A stretch of 63,816 nucleotides of DNA, the filler included, from Octopus bimaculoides (Eukaryota), in assembly GCF_001194135.2 (NCBI RefSeq). It is 6 parts of 6 records of this genome, joined end to end, with 100 filler letters (N's around TTAATTAATTAA, not from the genome) between each part and the next. Parts side by side here need not be neighbours in the genome. Positions count along the whole stretch, not along the records: positions 49,402 to 51,362 come from NC_068989.1; positions 51,463 to 55,079 come from NW_026363087.1; positions 55,180 to 61,715 come from NC_068983.1; positions 61,816 to 63,816 come from NC_068981.1; 2 more parts are not named here. The stretch is one strand, 5' to 3'. Positions 49,915 to 61,999 of this stretch are shown here, one piece after another. The position numbers and the translations under genes were made by a program. The notes beneath the pieces are model-generated. The model searched no databases and was not told where the DNA came from. It saw only the letters and a list, made by a program, of their open reading frames with translations. Numbering within the stretch: position 1 is the first letter of the stretch; each line of letters starts with the position of its first letter.

Positions 49915-50105
49915 TACCCTCACCATCATTTGACAACCGATGTTGGTTTGTTTACGTCCCCATAAATTAGCAGTTCGGCAAAAGAGACCTATAGAATAAG
50001 TACTAAGCTTACAAAGAATAAGTCCTGGGTACAATTTGTTCCACTTAGTGTGGTGCTTCAGTATGGCCGCAGTCAAATGATTGAAACAAATAATAGAATA
50101 ACAGA
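49690..50105 (+). mobile_element. SINE family A, near full length
   Basis: Colinear with 25007-25415. Confidence 0.85.
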
Positions 50106-50377
50106 ATAAAAGAATTAAACTGTATACTGAAGAGTTACAATACTTTTATTAGAGTATGTAATCATTAATTTTTCTTTTACCTAATTATTGAATTTTAATA
50201 GCTGACAGGTGGTTCGAATATTCAGCTTGCTCTACTAAAAAGTATTGTCTCTGATGATGGCAAGGAAGCCGACGTCGAGAAGACAGGCTAATGACGGCGC
50301 GTAAACCGAAGCTTCGAAGTCACTGTCGAACTTCACTTTGAACAAATTAATGCACAAACATACACACACACACACTG

Positions 50378-50678
50378 GTTCTCCGTCGGTTACGACGACG
50401 AGAGTTCTAGCTGATCCGGTCGACGGAAGAGTCTGCTCGTCAAATTAATTTGTAAGTGGCTGAAAGCACCACAGACATGCATCCCCTTCACGCAGTTCTC
50501 AGGGAGGTTCAGCATGACATGGCCCTTTGAAATACAGGCACAATTCATTTTTGCCAGCTGAGTGGATTGTAGCAACGCGAACTAAAGTGTCTTGCTCAAG
50601 GACACAACGCGTCGCCAGGAATTGAACCCACGACTTTGCGATCGTGAGCCGAATAACCTAACTCCTAAGCCACGCACT
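50378..50678 (-). mobile_element. Mosaic SINE: different tRNA-like head, V-like central block, family C 3' half
   Basis: Reverse complement: GTGGCTTAGGAG..GGGTTCAATTCC..GTGTCCTTGAGCAAGACAC..CCACTCAGCTGGCAAAAATG, then TGTGCCTGTATTTCAAAGGG..GACGGAG as in family C. Confidence 0.75.
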
Positions 50679-50684
50679 ACCATT

Positions 50685-50970
50685 ACCCCTTTCGGGGTTG
50701 ATATATTAAGTACCAGTGGCGTACTAGGGTCCATCTAATTGACTAGACCCCTCCCTCAAAATTTCGGGCCATGTGCTTATAGTAAAAAAGAAAGGAATAA
50801 TTCTCTCTATTAATGGCACAAGGCCTGGATTTTCTGGGGAAGCGGGACAGTCGCTGATATCGACCACAATACACAAATGGTACTTAATTTATCAATCCCG
50901 AAAGGATGAACGGCAAAGTCGACCCCGGCAGAATTTGAACGCAGAATATAAAGACAGACGGAAGAATAAG
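50685..50970. mobile_element. Two SINE family B pieces in inverted orientation (50685-50790 +, 50815-50970 -)
   Basis: CCTTTCGGGGTTGATATATTAAGTACCA is complementary to TGGTACTTAATTTATCAATCCCGAAAGG. Confidence 0.75.
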
Positions 50971-51061
50971 AATAATTGCATTAGCGTGCATTTGTTTGTT
51001 TGTTTGTTTGTTTGTATGTATGTATGTATGTATGTATGTATGTATGCATGTGTGTGCGTAT

Positions 51062-51265
51062 TCATTCTTTTACTCTTTTCAGTCATTTGACTGTGGCCAT
51101 GCTGGAGCACCACCTTTAGTCGAACAAATCGACCCCAGGACTTATTCTTTGTAAACCTAGTACTTATTCTATCGGTCGTTTTTTCCGAACCGCTAAGTTA
51201 GGGGGACGTAAACACTCCAGCTTCGGTTTTCATGCGATGGTGGGGGGAACAAACACAGACACACA
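51062..51265 (-). mobile_element. SINE family A, 3' half
   Basis: Reverse complement of about 25200-25410. Confidence 0.85.
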
Positions 51266-51330
51266 AATACATACATACATACATATATACATACATATAC
51301 AGATACATACATATACAAATGCATGCATAT

Positions 51331-51362
<32 letters not shown>

Positions 51363-51462
51363 NNNNNNNNNNNNNNNNNNNNNNNNNNNNNNNNNNNNNN
51401 NNNNNNTTAATTAATTAANNNNNNNNNNNNNNNNNNNNNNNNNNNNNNNNNNNNNNNNNNNN

Positions 51463-51570
<108 letters not shown>

Positions 51571-52789
51571 TACTTAGCGATAATTCTTGAGATTTGAGGA
51601 GACAAGTCATCAAACCCCAAGATACCAATAAATTTTTTACTAATTAAATCAACATTAAATATTTTTGGAAATATAATAACAATAATAATTTATTTATTAT
51701 TTACAGTAACTTTGAATATTAAAATATATGATCTAATGCCCAGTACATATATTTTCTTCATTCTTCTGCATGAACGCATTCCTATATTTTGGCTTTGCAA
51801 TGTAAACCTAATGTGTGCCTTTGCATTCCGAAGGGTCTTGCTTTTGGAAATATATTATTTTTTAGAATTGAATATAAAATGTCGCTAAGCTATTTTTCTC
51901 TTTAAAATAAACAGATTTTCCCATTTTATAGGGATAATAAAAGTACATGATCATTGCTAGATTTCCTCTACCAAAGCTTTGTTTTCTACATTTGAATATT
52001 GAAAAACTAAAATCATATGTTACTTATGTTCTATATTTATAAAGTGATGTTTGGAACAGATACACATTTTAGATAATGCGAAATGACTTATTAATTATTG
52101 AAGGTGTAATATGGAAAATAGTGAAGCGAGATTAGGAGGACGTTTTGCTTCCATTGGATAAGTTAAGATATATTTTAATCATAGACCAAAAGATATCTAT
52201 CTTTTAACACCAAGTTGAATCTGAGAGAATTATATCTACGCGCGCGCAAACACACACACATACTCACGCGCACACATGTTCCGATGAGCTAAGAAAAGTT
52301 CATCGGAATAACCGCAATAATATATTTGCATTCATTTTGTATCTATGGATACGTTATTCAAATTCCAACACATTCTACTTCCTTCTTGATATCAACACTG
52401 ATTTTAAAATAACGTACAGTAATAATATACAGAAATATTTAAAAAAAGGATATTCTATTGAATTTCAAATTGTCTTACGTCGAGTCTAAACAAAAGAAAA
52501 TCTTTATTTTATGTCGGATTGACTGTTTAAAACAAATATCCAATATTTAATCATGTGAGATGCCACTTTTATGTAGTTGTACTGGAAGAAAGAAATCAAG
52601 TTTAGCAGTAAATATGTACGATCTTCCCTTCTTTGTTTTTTATTTTTTTGCTTTTTTCTTGTTTGGTCAAGATACGACAAATATATTTATACCATAAAAT
52701 AAGTGTCAGTAAGAGAAGAGACAAATAATGAACACTGAAATAAATAGAACAGTAACTCAAAATTATTCTTTTGGTATTAGTTTCAAATC

Positions 52790-52990
52790 TTGCACAAGGA
52801 CAGCGATTTTGTGGGAAGAAGGTAAATTGATTACATCCATCTTAATGATCAGCTGGTACTTCTTTTATCGATCCAGAAAGGCATGAGAAGCAAAGTCAAC
52901 ATCAGCGGAATTTGAACTCAGAACGCGAAGACGGACGAAGTCCCGCTAAGCATCTTACCCGACGTGCTAACATTTTAGCCAGCTCACCGA
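52790..52990 (-). mobile_element. SINE family B copy
   Basis: GGAATTTGAACTCAGAACG..CCGCTAAGCAT..GTGCTAAC..GCCAGCTC. Confidence 0.75.
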
Positions 52991-54199
52991 CTCAATTATT
53001 CTTTTAGTATCGAGGTGATATAAGCTTATTTGTTTCACGTGTCTAGTAGATATATTAATCACATTGGTTAATATATCAATTAATATTAATTAATCTATGA
53101 ACTAGACTTGTGAAACAAATTATCTCTTAACACAACCTTTCTCCATCACAAAAAGCTATTTAGACTTCATAGTTGTGCGATGAATTTTCATTTGAACTAT
53201 TATCTTCCCAAAACTATTGTGGGCAGAGATGTGCGAGAAAATAGCTTGGAGCAACTACGGGCAGAATCTTTACGCTAATTCAGGTTCAAATTCTAAATGG
53301 CTGTTATCCAAATTCGTGAAATAAGTGAACGCTGTATCCAAATATACATACTCTGACTTGTAATTAGTTCACTTAGTATGTAAATTCTAAATGTTCGTGT
53401 TTGTGCTCAGTATCTATAATGAATATATTGAAGTAATGTTTGGTCTCTCTTTCTGGCTGATAAATTTTCAAACGGCGTATTTGGTTTTGATTCCTTTGAC
53501 ATCGTCGGAATGAATGATACTGCTTAAGTGTCAAAATCTTGTACTCTTATTGTTTAAAAGGTGTCCTTCATTGAGATTCTAGATCTGGAGAGGGTTAAAC
53601 TTGTTTAAGCTTTATATAGCTTACGGAAGTATTGTTGCTCGTATATAATACACACACATATACATATAATGCATATATGTATGCATATTTCTGTATATGT
53701 CTATTGAAGAGAAAAACATGAACATGAACTCAGTAATATTTTTTTTTCTGTCACGTATGTTTCTGCGTTCAGCAAATACATTGATGTTCTGTAAGTAATC
53801 GAGGTTAACTCACTGAGCTGAAAGGGCAGGAATGGGCCTTATTCTGGAATAATGATAATAGTCTCGGGTCGGCCATCGTCATCATTACTGCAGATAGAGT
53901 GAGCGATAGATAGATTATAAAGAGATAGATAAATAGTTATATAGACAGATAAGGAGATAGAGTGACACACAGACGGACAGATAGACAGGTAGGCAGGCAG
54001 GCAGAATGACACATTTTTGCAGTTTGAAATGGAACAATGTTGCGTCTAAAGACTGTGCGTATATCGACAATGGTACAAAAGCTACAGAGATATGCTCTCA
54101 CTGGAAGTGCAGTTCTTAAGAACCAATAAATTAATGAGGTTTAGGAAACATCCTTTCCAATCAAAATATTTAGAGCAATTATTATTATTATTATTCTAG

Positions 54200-54259
54200 T
54201 CATTGTTTAGAATCGAACTCGGAATCTTGGGGTTAGTAGCCCGCGCTCTCAACCACTAC
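54200..54259 (-). mobile_element. Isolated tRNA-derived SINE head
   Basis: Reverse complement GTAGTGGTTGAGAGCGCGGGCTACTAACCCCAAGATTCCGAGTTCGATTC has A and B boxes but no acceptor stem. Confidence 0.5.
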
Positions 54260-54774
54260 ATTTATTCGTATTTTCTTTTCTTATTTGACCATATTTCTGT
54301 AGGGCTCTGAATACTTGAATGCCATTAACGCTGTCACGTGGATTGAATATAAAATCAACGGAGACAGACAAGATGAATGCTGTCCAGCAGCGTTAATGGT
54401 ATTGTTAAATATGTATTTCTGCCTATGTTGACCTCGTCAATCGCGAGTATCCACTGATAGACGCATAATAAACAAAATCATCTGCTACTGAGATAGTAAA
54501 ATAATCATTGAAAAATCACTGATATTGCAATTATTTGTATCTTTTTTGACACATTATGTCAAGAAAAGATGCTTCTCGAGACAAATACCGCGGTTTATCA
54601 AGCTTTCAGCAATGTATTAGCTTTATAAATGATACACAAATTGATATGTAGTTTCATAAATGTAAGTAGTGCCTATAAATCTCCAACTAATCAATCAATA
54701 TTAATCAATCAATCAATCAATATCTCTATTTTATAGAAATATATAGCATCTCTATACATCAGTCTATCTCTCTC

Positions 54775-54775
54775 G

Positions 54776-54854
<79 letters not shown>
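54775..54854. repeat. (TATC)n microsatellite
   Basis: Directly visible. Confidence 0.95.
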
Positions 54855-55179
54855 AAAAATTGATCCCACTTCCCACACATCACATACACCACAACCAGAA
54901 AGCCAACAACCAACAACAACAAAAACAACAACACAACCACTTACACAAACAAACACAGATCCACACGACATGCCCCTGCCCCCTTCCGATTCCTCGGAAC
55001 CTTCGTCGGAAGACGGATGTAATGAGGACTGGCAAATAGCTCAGAAAGGAAGGAGGAAGAGGAGCAAGAAAAGAAAAGCNNNNNNNNNNNNNNNNNNNNN
55101 NNNNNNNNNNNNNNNNNNNNNNNTTAATTAATTAANNNNNNNNNNNNNNNNNNNNNNNNNNNNNNNNNNNNNNNNNNNN

Positions 55180-55287
55180 TAGGGTGGTGCATTCTATGCA
55201 TTGTCAACAGTTTTCGTATTTTTCTGTCAACATTACATATTTCAGTAATTGACCAGTTAACGATATTGAAACTGTATGTCACGACTG

Positions 55288-55290
<3 letters not shown>
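55180..55290 (-). mobile_element. Small R4/Dong-like LINE fragment
   Basis: PVVTYSFNIVNWSITEICNVDRKIRKLLTMHRMHHP matches the post-RT region (compare DTKTRKMLTVHGAFHP at about 60200). Confidence 0.7.
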
Positions 55291-55369
<79 letters not shown>

Positions 55370-55477
55370 CATTATTATTATTATTTTATGTTTGACTTTT
55401 GTTTTGCATTTGTACAAGTTGGATCCAAGTCTCACCCAGAGACCTCAAGAGACATTCTCGTCATCGATATCTCTGAT

Positions 55478-55590
55478 GAAGGCAGAGAAATGGCAGGATC
55501 GCTAGCATGCTGGACAAAATGCTTTAATAGCAGTTCGTCCATTTTAACGCTCTGTGCTCAAATTCTGCTGAGGTTAACTTTGCTTTTAAA
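55478..55590 (+). mobile_element. Diverged SINE family B head
   Basis: GAAGGCAGAGAAATGGCAGGATCGCTAGCATGCTGGACAAAATGC..CTCAAATTCTGCTGAGG. Confidence 0.6.
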
Positions 55591-57919
55591 TTAATGTATA
55601 CTTTTCAAGCTTGACTGAATCAGTAACTCACGAGGCAGACAACGTTTTTTGAATTCAGTTATAATATCGTGACATGGATGCAAGTGAAGTTATAGCAATA
55701 CATGTTATTAGAAGTATACTGTAAGGAGCACTACAACAGGCAATGCTGGTGGACCCAGTTAATCTTTACGATTATTGATTTCCTTTTTAATTTACTTTCT
55801 CTGGAATAGAATGCGAAACTGCAGTGACAAATTTGAGTAACTTAACACAGATTTGAATATTTCTACCTCATTTGACTTATTTTCATTGGTAGACAGTCGC
55901 AGTAAACTGAGTTTCGATTTTAGGTTTTGACTTCAATCATTCGACCTAATTAATCAGCTATGTATTTCATGCTTCTGATAAAGATTTGAATGTAACATAT
56001 ATTAGATATAAAGTAATTAAATAAGAAATATTTTCTTCATCAGTTATCCTACATTCAAACGTACTTGTTTTTGCTTAATCCGAAATGTCCTCTAATCCAG
56101 CAGATCTTCAGTCACATTTTAACTGGCTATGGGTATCGTTGATTTAATTGAAATACAATGTATATTTGACTACATTACACAATATGTTCTTCCATCCTTT
56201 TAAAAGACGATAGGGTGTGATTTGAGTGAAATTTCGCTATTGGTTTTTGCAGTTAGAAGACACCTCGAGACATCTTCGTTGACTCGCTTTCAAATGCAGT
56301 AAACCATTGAAATGTATAACTTACAAAACCGATGGTTCTAAAACCGTGTATCACAATTAATCCTTGCTTCTCGATAAAAAAGACTAAAAACATTTATCAA
56401 ATGAAAAATATTGAGAATTAAAAAGAAAATAATTCTATCGAATTTAAAAAAGAAATCTTATGAAAGAGATGAGATCTATCAACTAACTGTTCAACCAGTT
56501 ACTGATTAGGTTGATTAAGTTAAAGAATCCATTATCAACGAACATTCTATATAGCAACCAGTTTAAATCATAATTTCGGAAGGAAAATATTTCAGAAAGG
56601 AGAAAAGATTTTTTTTTTTTCTAAAGCATATGTTTTTTTCACCTTGTTTCTCAGAAAACCTTTCATCTCAGCATTTTCATTTCACATGTAAAAAGAAAAA
56701 AGATAAAAATAATTCTGTGCCATTCAAGTTTGTTGTGAGATCAGCAAATGGTGGCAATAAGGAAGTAGTCATGAATAAAAGATGAAGATATTTTTTATAG
56801 AGGCGAGTGATTGCAGGCGATGTTCAAACCATTCACTTTCGTGTCCAACATGTTGAATAAAATTGAAATTTTAGTTAGAAAACGAAAGCGCTTCCTGTTT
56901 CCGAAACGGCTACATAATGTTGACATTAATGCAGGCCAATGTTGTGGTAATGCGTGTTGAAAATCTAAATTTGTTAAACAAAGTTGAAGATTAGGAGATT
57001 GTGAAAAGTTCACGGATATGCCCAAAAGCCTAATTCTTACAATTTATTGTGTGGTTTTGGCTACAAAACTGCTACTGGTCGATAAAGTATTAGTTCATTA
57101 AAATGTATACTCAAACTATGACTTCTTACAGATACGGCCCTACTCAACCACAAAGAACACTGACAATGAATAAAACAATATAATTCACAAAAAAAAAACG
57201 AAAAAAAAACCCCATTTCATTACTGCAAAAGACTTTAATATTGAATATTTACAAATAATACCTTAACTGCTGAAAACGTTAGCTTGAATACCCCAAGGAA
57301 TAATACTGTCATTATCACTCTTCACCAAATGAGTATCTTCCCGCTACTTTACATACCAGTTGCAACTTTGATAGAGAAGTAAGTACTAGAGAGTTTCTGA
57401 ATAGAATCTTCTCACATAAAAGTCAACGTCGAGGCACACCACAAAAGACGGTACAACAGTATCTGATAACTACATAAATAAGCGAAAAAAACATGGTCTC
57501 CTAAAAACTGGAGTTGACATCCAAGCACGTGGAACCAGTAGGAAGGTAATTATAAATAAAAATTCCATTTTTTGTGTTATCTGTTTCCTAACTGAAATAT
57601 ATCTTTTATTTTATATGTAATGTTACATTTCTTTAATTATTCTATATAATTGATTTTATTCTAAAAACTTCACCTTTTCGTAATTCCTTAGTTGAATGTG
57701 TGGAGGAGGTTTTGATAACTAAGTTAATCGTTATAAATATTTGTGGACAACTTTACCTTTCATCCTATCGTGGTTGACAGATATGTATTTTGAGGTAACC
57801 AACCTGTTCACATCACTCGACATTGCTGGTTTCCTGACAAAATTTTAAAGGAATTATTATTATTGATATTGCAGTTGAAAGGAAGGTAAGACAGCAGAAT
57901 CTGTGCAATACTGGCCTTG

Positions 57920-58920
57920 CTCTTTGACCTCTGAGTTGAAATTCATCATAGTTGTTCTCTTTTTCTTTCTTTTCCACTTCAATCCTGTTTGTCACCAGGA
58001 CATGCTATGTTAATTACCAGGCATGTTTCTTTTTTGCTTCTTTTCTTTTCACTACAGCTGGTCATATTGTATCATTACATCCCACAGGATTTTGAAATTT
58101 TCATTATCAGTAACTCCATCTGAGAGTTAGTTATGCCACGTCTTCGATCTTTCTAGGGTGTAATTTTCACAAAGCTTCCTATGGATTATTCTTGCAACAT
58201 TGGCATGTCGCTTTTTGTATTCACGTTGTGTTAATTTCGGGCACTCACTAACAATGTGGCACACCGTTTCACCTCTGTCACCACACATTCTGCATTTGTC
58301 GCTGTCAGTTGTTTTATCAATTCTGCACTTCACATTTTTTGTCCTCAGTGCTTGTTCCTGTACCGTACATATAATTGCTTCTGTTTCACTGCTCCGTATG
58401 CATAGCCATCGGCCTTCTGTATCTGTCTTTGTGCTCGTGTCTCTTGCAAGCTGACCGTATATATAAATACATTTTCCTTTCCAAACCATTTGTTTTTCGT
58501 TCTTTTTCCCCTCTTTCAATTCCTCTTTCTCGATTCAATTATTGGTTTTGATGATGCCAGACTTCTTCGTAATCATCATCAATGGTTCCACGACATACTT
58601 ACATAACACTCTAAACTGTTTTCCTCTGATTCAACACAATGCTAACAGCTGATCAAACCTACCCCGCTCTTTCTTCTGGCCAGGTACAACCGATCAGTGT
58701 CACTTTTAGGGTGAAACACTCAGTGCAATGTCAATAACTTTCGTGTCTTCGCTTCGTAACCATTGTTCATTTTCTTTTGCCAGTTTACGATTCCTAAGTG
58801 ATGCTATCGCCCATGTGTTCACCGCTTAAAATTTATTCTAAGTTTTCGGAAATAAACTTTCTTCAGCTGTTCTTTCATTTCCTTATCCGTGATGATTGAA
58901 CACTAGTATGCCAAATACAT
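57920..58920 (-). mobile_element. Second decayed R4/Dong-clade LINE fragment (post-RT region, CCHC finger, start of endonuclease)
   Basis: CRMCGDRGETVCHIVSECPKLTQREYKKRHANVARIIH, FHPKSDTDRLYL and IACPGD; clearly paralogous to 59560-60440. Confidence 0.85.
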
Positions 58921-59119
58921 ACTGCTTCAAATTATCCGTGAAAAGAAGATAGTTGATTCTGAGTATTTTACCCTTGAACTTATATTCCAGATTCACTTTC
59001 CCCAACACTAAGGTCAGAGGGATTGGACTAAGTACAAAAACCAACGGAAATAAACTATTCTCTTCGAAAATTCGTGTCTCACATCATTATTGCTGTTATC
59101 GTCGTCGTCGTCGTCATCA

Positions 59120-61407
59120 TCATTATCGTTATGTGATGAAAGCTCATTTCATCACATAACGGTCCACAGCCAGGAGACTAAAGTGACACTTGTTGACTGG
59201 TCAAGCTTCAAGAACCCTGCGAAGAATTCTTGCAGTCTCAAGCAATGCTGATTTTTGTAGGTGTTCTACCCTCATACTTGCACCATTCTTTGCATCCATG
59301 TTAATAGTTGAGTGCTGATACTTCCAAGTGCACCATTTACTATTGGTATAAAGGCTGCTCTCCTCATTGACCACAACCTTCATATATCCCACATTAAATC
59401 GTCATAGTTGCTTATTGTTACTTCTTTCACATAGATCCAGTTGTCACCGGGGCATGCTATGCTGATTATCATGCATTTTCTTTCTTTTCTATTCAGCACA
59501 ATGATGTCCGGTTTCCTATGTCTGGTCAGGCGATCACAATAGAACATTGTATCCCACAGTATTTTTCAATTCTCATTCTCGGTGACACCTTCTGGGGTTT
59601 TCTCATACAACGCCTTTCCTCTTTGTAGAACGTGATTTCCACAGAAATCCCAATGGGTCATTCTTGCCACATTATCATGGCGTCGTTTGTATTCGCGTTG
59701 TTCCAAATTCGGGCATTCGCTAACGATATGCCAAAGCGATTCAATCCTCTCACCACATATTCTGCATTTGTCGCTGTCGGTAATGTTGTCTATTCTACAC
59801 TTCATATAGTTGATCCTTGATGCTTGTTTTTGAGCTGCACATAAGTGTGCTTCTGTCTATATCTTCAGGATACTCCTCCTCATCCATAGCTTACCGGTCC
59901 TCTGTATCTGTTTGGCGCTCACATCTCTTGCAAACTGACCGTACATTTTCTTTTCCTTCCATGCTTTTCCATTTTTGGGTTCATGCCTTGTTTAAATTTT
60001 TCTTTCATTACATAATTGTTAGTTTTGATGACGCCGGCCTTCGTGTGTTTAAACAGTTGCCCCACGGCATTTTTATATTCCCCCCCCCCCAAAGCTGTTT
60101 TCCTCTGCTTCGATACAGTCCTGGCAACTGAACAAACCCTCCCACCCTTTCTTCTGGACAAATACATTCTATCAGTGTCGCTTTTAGGGTGGAAGGCTCC
60201 ATGTACTGTCAACATTTTTCTAGTCTTGGTATCTATAGTCATCACTTCTCTCTTTCCCCATTTTATATTTCCCGCTCCGTGCCGAAGTGATGCTATCACC
60301 CACGTATCAACTTCTACTTTATTCCATCCAGTCAATTTTGAGCGCAACACCAAACTCAGTCTTCGGAAATATTCTATACTCAGTTGTTCTTTCATTTCTT
60401 TCTGCATTATCTCGTTGAACTCTAGTACACCAACGTATTTGTAGCCTTCTGTTTAAATTTTTTAATCAAGCTTCTATTCGGTAATTCTGTCCCTGCTAGA
60501 GATTGTACCTTCCCTCTTTTTAGGTAGATTATTCCGCACTTCTCCAGTCCAAATTCCATTCTAATATCAGTACTAAAACAGTGGACAGCGTTCACCTAGG
60601 AACTCACCTGTGTCTCATCTTTGGCACATAGTTTCAAATCATCCATGAAGAGGAGGTGGTTAACTGTTCAGGACTTTTCCTTTAGTTGGTACCCCAGGTT
60701 CGTTTTCCTAAGTACCAAGGACAGGGGTATCATGCAGAGAACAAAAAGCAACGGAGATAGGCTATCACCCTGGAAAATCCCTCCTCTGATATCCAGAGCG
60801 CCCAGGGTTTTTTCCGTGAGATGTCAGTTCAGTTTTCCATCCCACCATACTTCTCTTCAGGAAACACGTTACATTCCTCGCAATTCCAAATAGATCTAAG
60901 CACTAAATGATCCACGAATGTGGCATTATATCATAAGCATTGCGATAGTCAATCCAAGGCCATTCCCAGATTTGTTCTCTTTCGTTTACAATCATGCATA
61001 CCATTTTGTCTATCAATAATTGATCTTCGCTACCTCTGCATCTCTTTCTACAGCCTTTTGTGTTCCACCGGTAATATATCATTCTCATCAAGAAATCTAT
61101 ACAGTTCTTCTGAAATTCATCCTGTCAGTAATTTCCACATTGATGGGAAGCAAGAAATTGGTCTGTAATTGTCAGCAACATTTCCCTTTGCTGCATCCTT
61201 CAAACACAACACCGTTCGTCTTTTTGTGACCAGCCCAGGATTTCTTCTTCGCTATTGATCAATGCATTAAATTGCTCTGCGATCAATTTATGGTAACTAC
61301 AGAAGTTTTTATTGAAAATCCCTGTACACCACCAGTTCCTACGGCTTTTCAATTGCTTATCTTTTTACTCATATTTCTGATATTGTCTTCTGTGAAGTGG
61401 ATAGCCT
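59120..61407 (-). mobile_element. 5'-truncated R4/Dong-clade non-LTR retrotransposon (RT, CCHC finger, restriction-like endonuclease), decayed
   Basis: Minus-strand motifs RRGIFQGDSLSPLLFVLCMIPLS (about 60770), NHLLFMDDLK (about 60640), CRICGERIESLWHIVSEC..L.QREYKRRHDNVA (about 59750), RHRKPDIIVL...IACPGD and IPIVNGALG (59340-59530). Many stops and frameshifts; short 3' UTR then a degenerate (GAT/AAT)n tail. Confidence 0.88.
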
Positions 61408-61408
61408 A

Positions 61409-61409
<1 letters not shown>

Positions 61410-61452
<43 letters not shown>

Positions 61453-61715
61453 GTTCAGTAGTTTTATTTTTATAACGTGCTTTCACTTCACTACCGAGCG
61501 CAGCTCTGTGCGCCTTGGGTATGTGCTGTGGTTTGCTGTGGTGCTTTTATGTTTACTGTATTGAAAGTGTTTTGCGTAGAATGTGTGCAGTACCCAGTAG
61601 TGCAATTTTCTGTATGTTACATATATTTGTAAGTCCTGGTATTTTTGTTATGTATTTGTCTGAGTATTTTTTAATTATACCTAAGGCACCTACTATGATA
61701 GGAATTGTTTCTGTT
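61410..61715 (-). mobile_element. 3' end of a different R4/Dong-like LINE with AATAAA and (AAT)n tail
   Basis: Translation TETIPIIVGALGIIKKYSDKYITKIPG...IQKIALLGTAHILRKTLSIQ, followed by a UTR with GCGCACAGAGCTGCGC hairpin, AATAAA and (AAT)n at 61410-61452. Confidence 0.8.
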
Positions 61716-61999
61716 NNNNNNNNNNNNNNNNNNNNNNNNNNNNNNNNNNNNNNNNNNNNTTAATTAATTAANNNNNNNNNNNNNNNNNNNNNNNNNNNNN
61801 NNNNNNNNNNNNNNNTATATATATATATATACATACATACACACAAACACTTAGCGTGAAGCATGGAAAACAATTGAATTGTGGAAATATTAAATGAAAA
61901 ATTTTTTCTAGATATTTCCGTAGTTTTCAAATGCAAGGGATATTTTCCTTTTTTCTGTCTGTCTCTTGACTCTCTTTTTTACTCATGTGAGATCTGGTT

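Noticed and set aside
52279-52308. 12-bp hairpin TTCCGATGAGCT/AGTTCATCGGAA
   Set aside because: Too short to distinguish from chance; CCGATGA is not a hammerhead core in a valid topology.
55465-55500. CTGATGAAGGCAGAGAAA
   Set aside because: The downstream part is the diverged head of a family B SINE; no hammerhead stems.
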